This document shows positions 63,087 to 64,000 of a DNA stretch of 64,000 bases, piece by piece. The notes under the pieces were generated by a model, which ran no database searches, had not been told where the DNA came from, and was given only the letters and a program-made list of their open reading frames with translations. This DNA is from Trueperaceae bacterium. GTDB lineage: Bacteria; Deinococcota; Deinococci; Deinococcales; Trueperaceae. The stretch lies in contig OZ243956.1 in NCBI GenBank assembly GCA_965214405.1, positions 2,496,001 through 2,560,000 on the forward strand, given 5' to 3'. How positions within the stretch are numbered: position 1 is the stretch's first letter; every line of letters begins with the position of its first letter. The position numbers were made by a program, and so were the translations under genes.

Positions 63087-63653
63087 TTGAGCGTAATGTC
63101 CGTTTTTTCTACGCTTAGATTCGCTATGACAGACGCTCTTTCCCTGCTAACGGTCCGCGCTTGGTTCAAACCTAAAGATACAGCCCCTCAGCTCATTCAG
63201 CGGTTCGATCTTAAAACACTCACGATTCTTTACATTGTTCTCTCAGCCGTGAATGTAGTAGTCACGCAATCAGCAGCCAGCGTGCCTATTTATGTCTCTG
63301 TGACTGGACACTTGCTTGCTCCTACCGCGTTTGTTTTGATAGCCAAATGGGTAATTAAGAAGTCTTGGCTGGCGCTTTTAGAGATAGGTTTTCTGGGTGC
63401 TATTGTCATTACGCCTTTGAGTCTGCTCTCTAACTTCCCTATTGCTTCTCCCGCACCTGACGGATCAAATTTGGTCCTTCTGTCTATCTTGGGTCTCCTC
63501 TACTTACCTTTGAATGTTTGGATCATCGTTATTCAGCTTCAGCTATATAGCACAATGCTAAATATACGAAAACGTGCAGTTTTTGTGATCCTCATAGCAG
63601 TAGCGGCTACTATCATTGGCATCAATCTGTTACTGCTTCAGCTTACGTCCTAA
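63087..63653 (+). CDS. Hypothetical AT-rich multi-pass membrane protein (Yip1-like topology)
   Basis: About 5 hydrophobic segments; lower GC than neighbours; start uncertain. Confidence 0.55.
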   Translation: MSVMSVFSTLRFAMTDALSLLTVRAWFKPKDTAPQLIQRFDLKTLTILYIVLSAVNVVVTQSAASVPIYVSVTGHLLAPTAFVLIAKWVIKKSWLALLEIGFLGAIVITPLSLLSNFPIASPAPDGSNLVLLSILGLLYLPLNVWIIVIQLQLYSTMLNIRKRAVFVILIAVAATIIGINLLLLQLTS

Positions 63654-63668
63654 ACCAAGCTCAACTGC

Positions 63669-63706
63669 AAAAGGACTGAGAGCGCTGTTTTCACCTCAGT
63701 CCTTTT
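63669..63706. terminator. Bidirectional terminator
   Basis: aaaaggactgag...ctcagtcctttt between convergent genes. Confidence 0.7.
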
Positions 63707-63716
63707 CTCTTTAAGA

Positions 63717-64000
63717 TTAAATGAGGTGTTTGACTGCGTTCTTCTCCTCTATTAACTCTTCTTCCGTCACCTTCATCTTCTCTTGAATAAACTCGCTATT
63801 ATCTAACCCTTGCACAACGCTGTAAAACCCATTCTCAACCGTTACGGGAAACGAATACATGATGCCCTCTTCGATACCGTAAGAGCCATCACTCAGGATT
63901 GCCATGCTGACCCAGTTGCCTTTGGGTGTACCGAACGTCCAGTCTCTCATGTGATCGACAGCCGCCGAGGCTGCCGAGGCCGCGCTCGAGGCCCCGCGCG
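63717..64000 (-). CDS. mdh: Malate dehydrogenase (Thermus/cytosolic type), C-terminal part
   Basis: [27 protein letters not shown]...SDGSYGI....YSFPV; runs off the right edge. Confidence 0.92.
   Translation of the reverse strand, partial: RGASSAASAASAAVDHMRDWTFGTPKGNWVSMAILSDGSYGIEEGIMYSFPVTVENGFYSVVQGLDNSEFIQEKMKVTEEELIEEKNAVKHLI

Overview
GC-rich core chromosomal region of a Deinococcota bacterium, probably Truepera/Deinococcales-like. This is inferred from the stand-alone 16S rRNA gene, the split NAD synthetase, the Cys-less FmdB and widespread leaderless genes. It has about 60 mostly housekeeping CDSs: polyamine and peptide ABC transporter components, nitrilase+nadE, a LiaRS/NarL-type two-component system, tmk, gpsA, SAM-I riboswitch-metF-metH, a GHMP kinase/nucleotidyltransferase pair, acuB-acuC, GH3 nagZ, greA, rpoD, three LptC/LptA-like genes, hsp20, miaA, dnaJ, a DUF2089 operon, fur and a partial mdh. 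There is one tRNA(CAT), which carries a decayed tandem integration hotspot with two integrase remnants and a displaced tRNA 3' end. I saw no CRISPR array or intact mobile element. The most unusual signals are: strong over-representation of CTCGAG; a 4x13-bp tandem repeat abutting the rpoD RBS that creates uORFs; two orphan AbrB antitoxins each followed by short tandem repeats; an atypical GHMP kinase-NTase-serine hydrolase operon; and a possible structured leader upstream of acuB. All calls come from reading the sequence by eye; no searches or folding programs were run.
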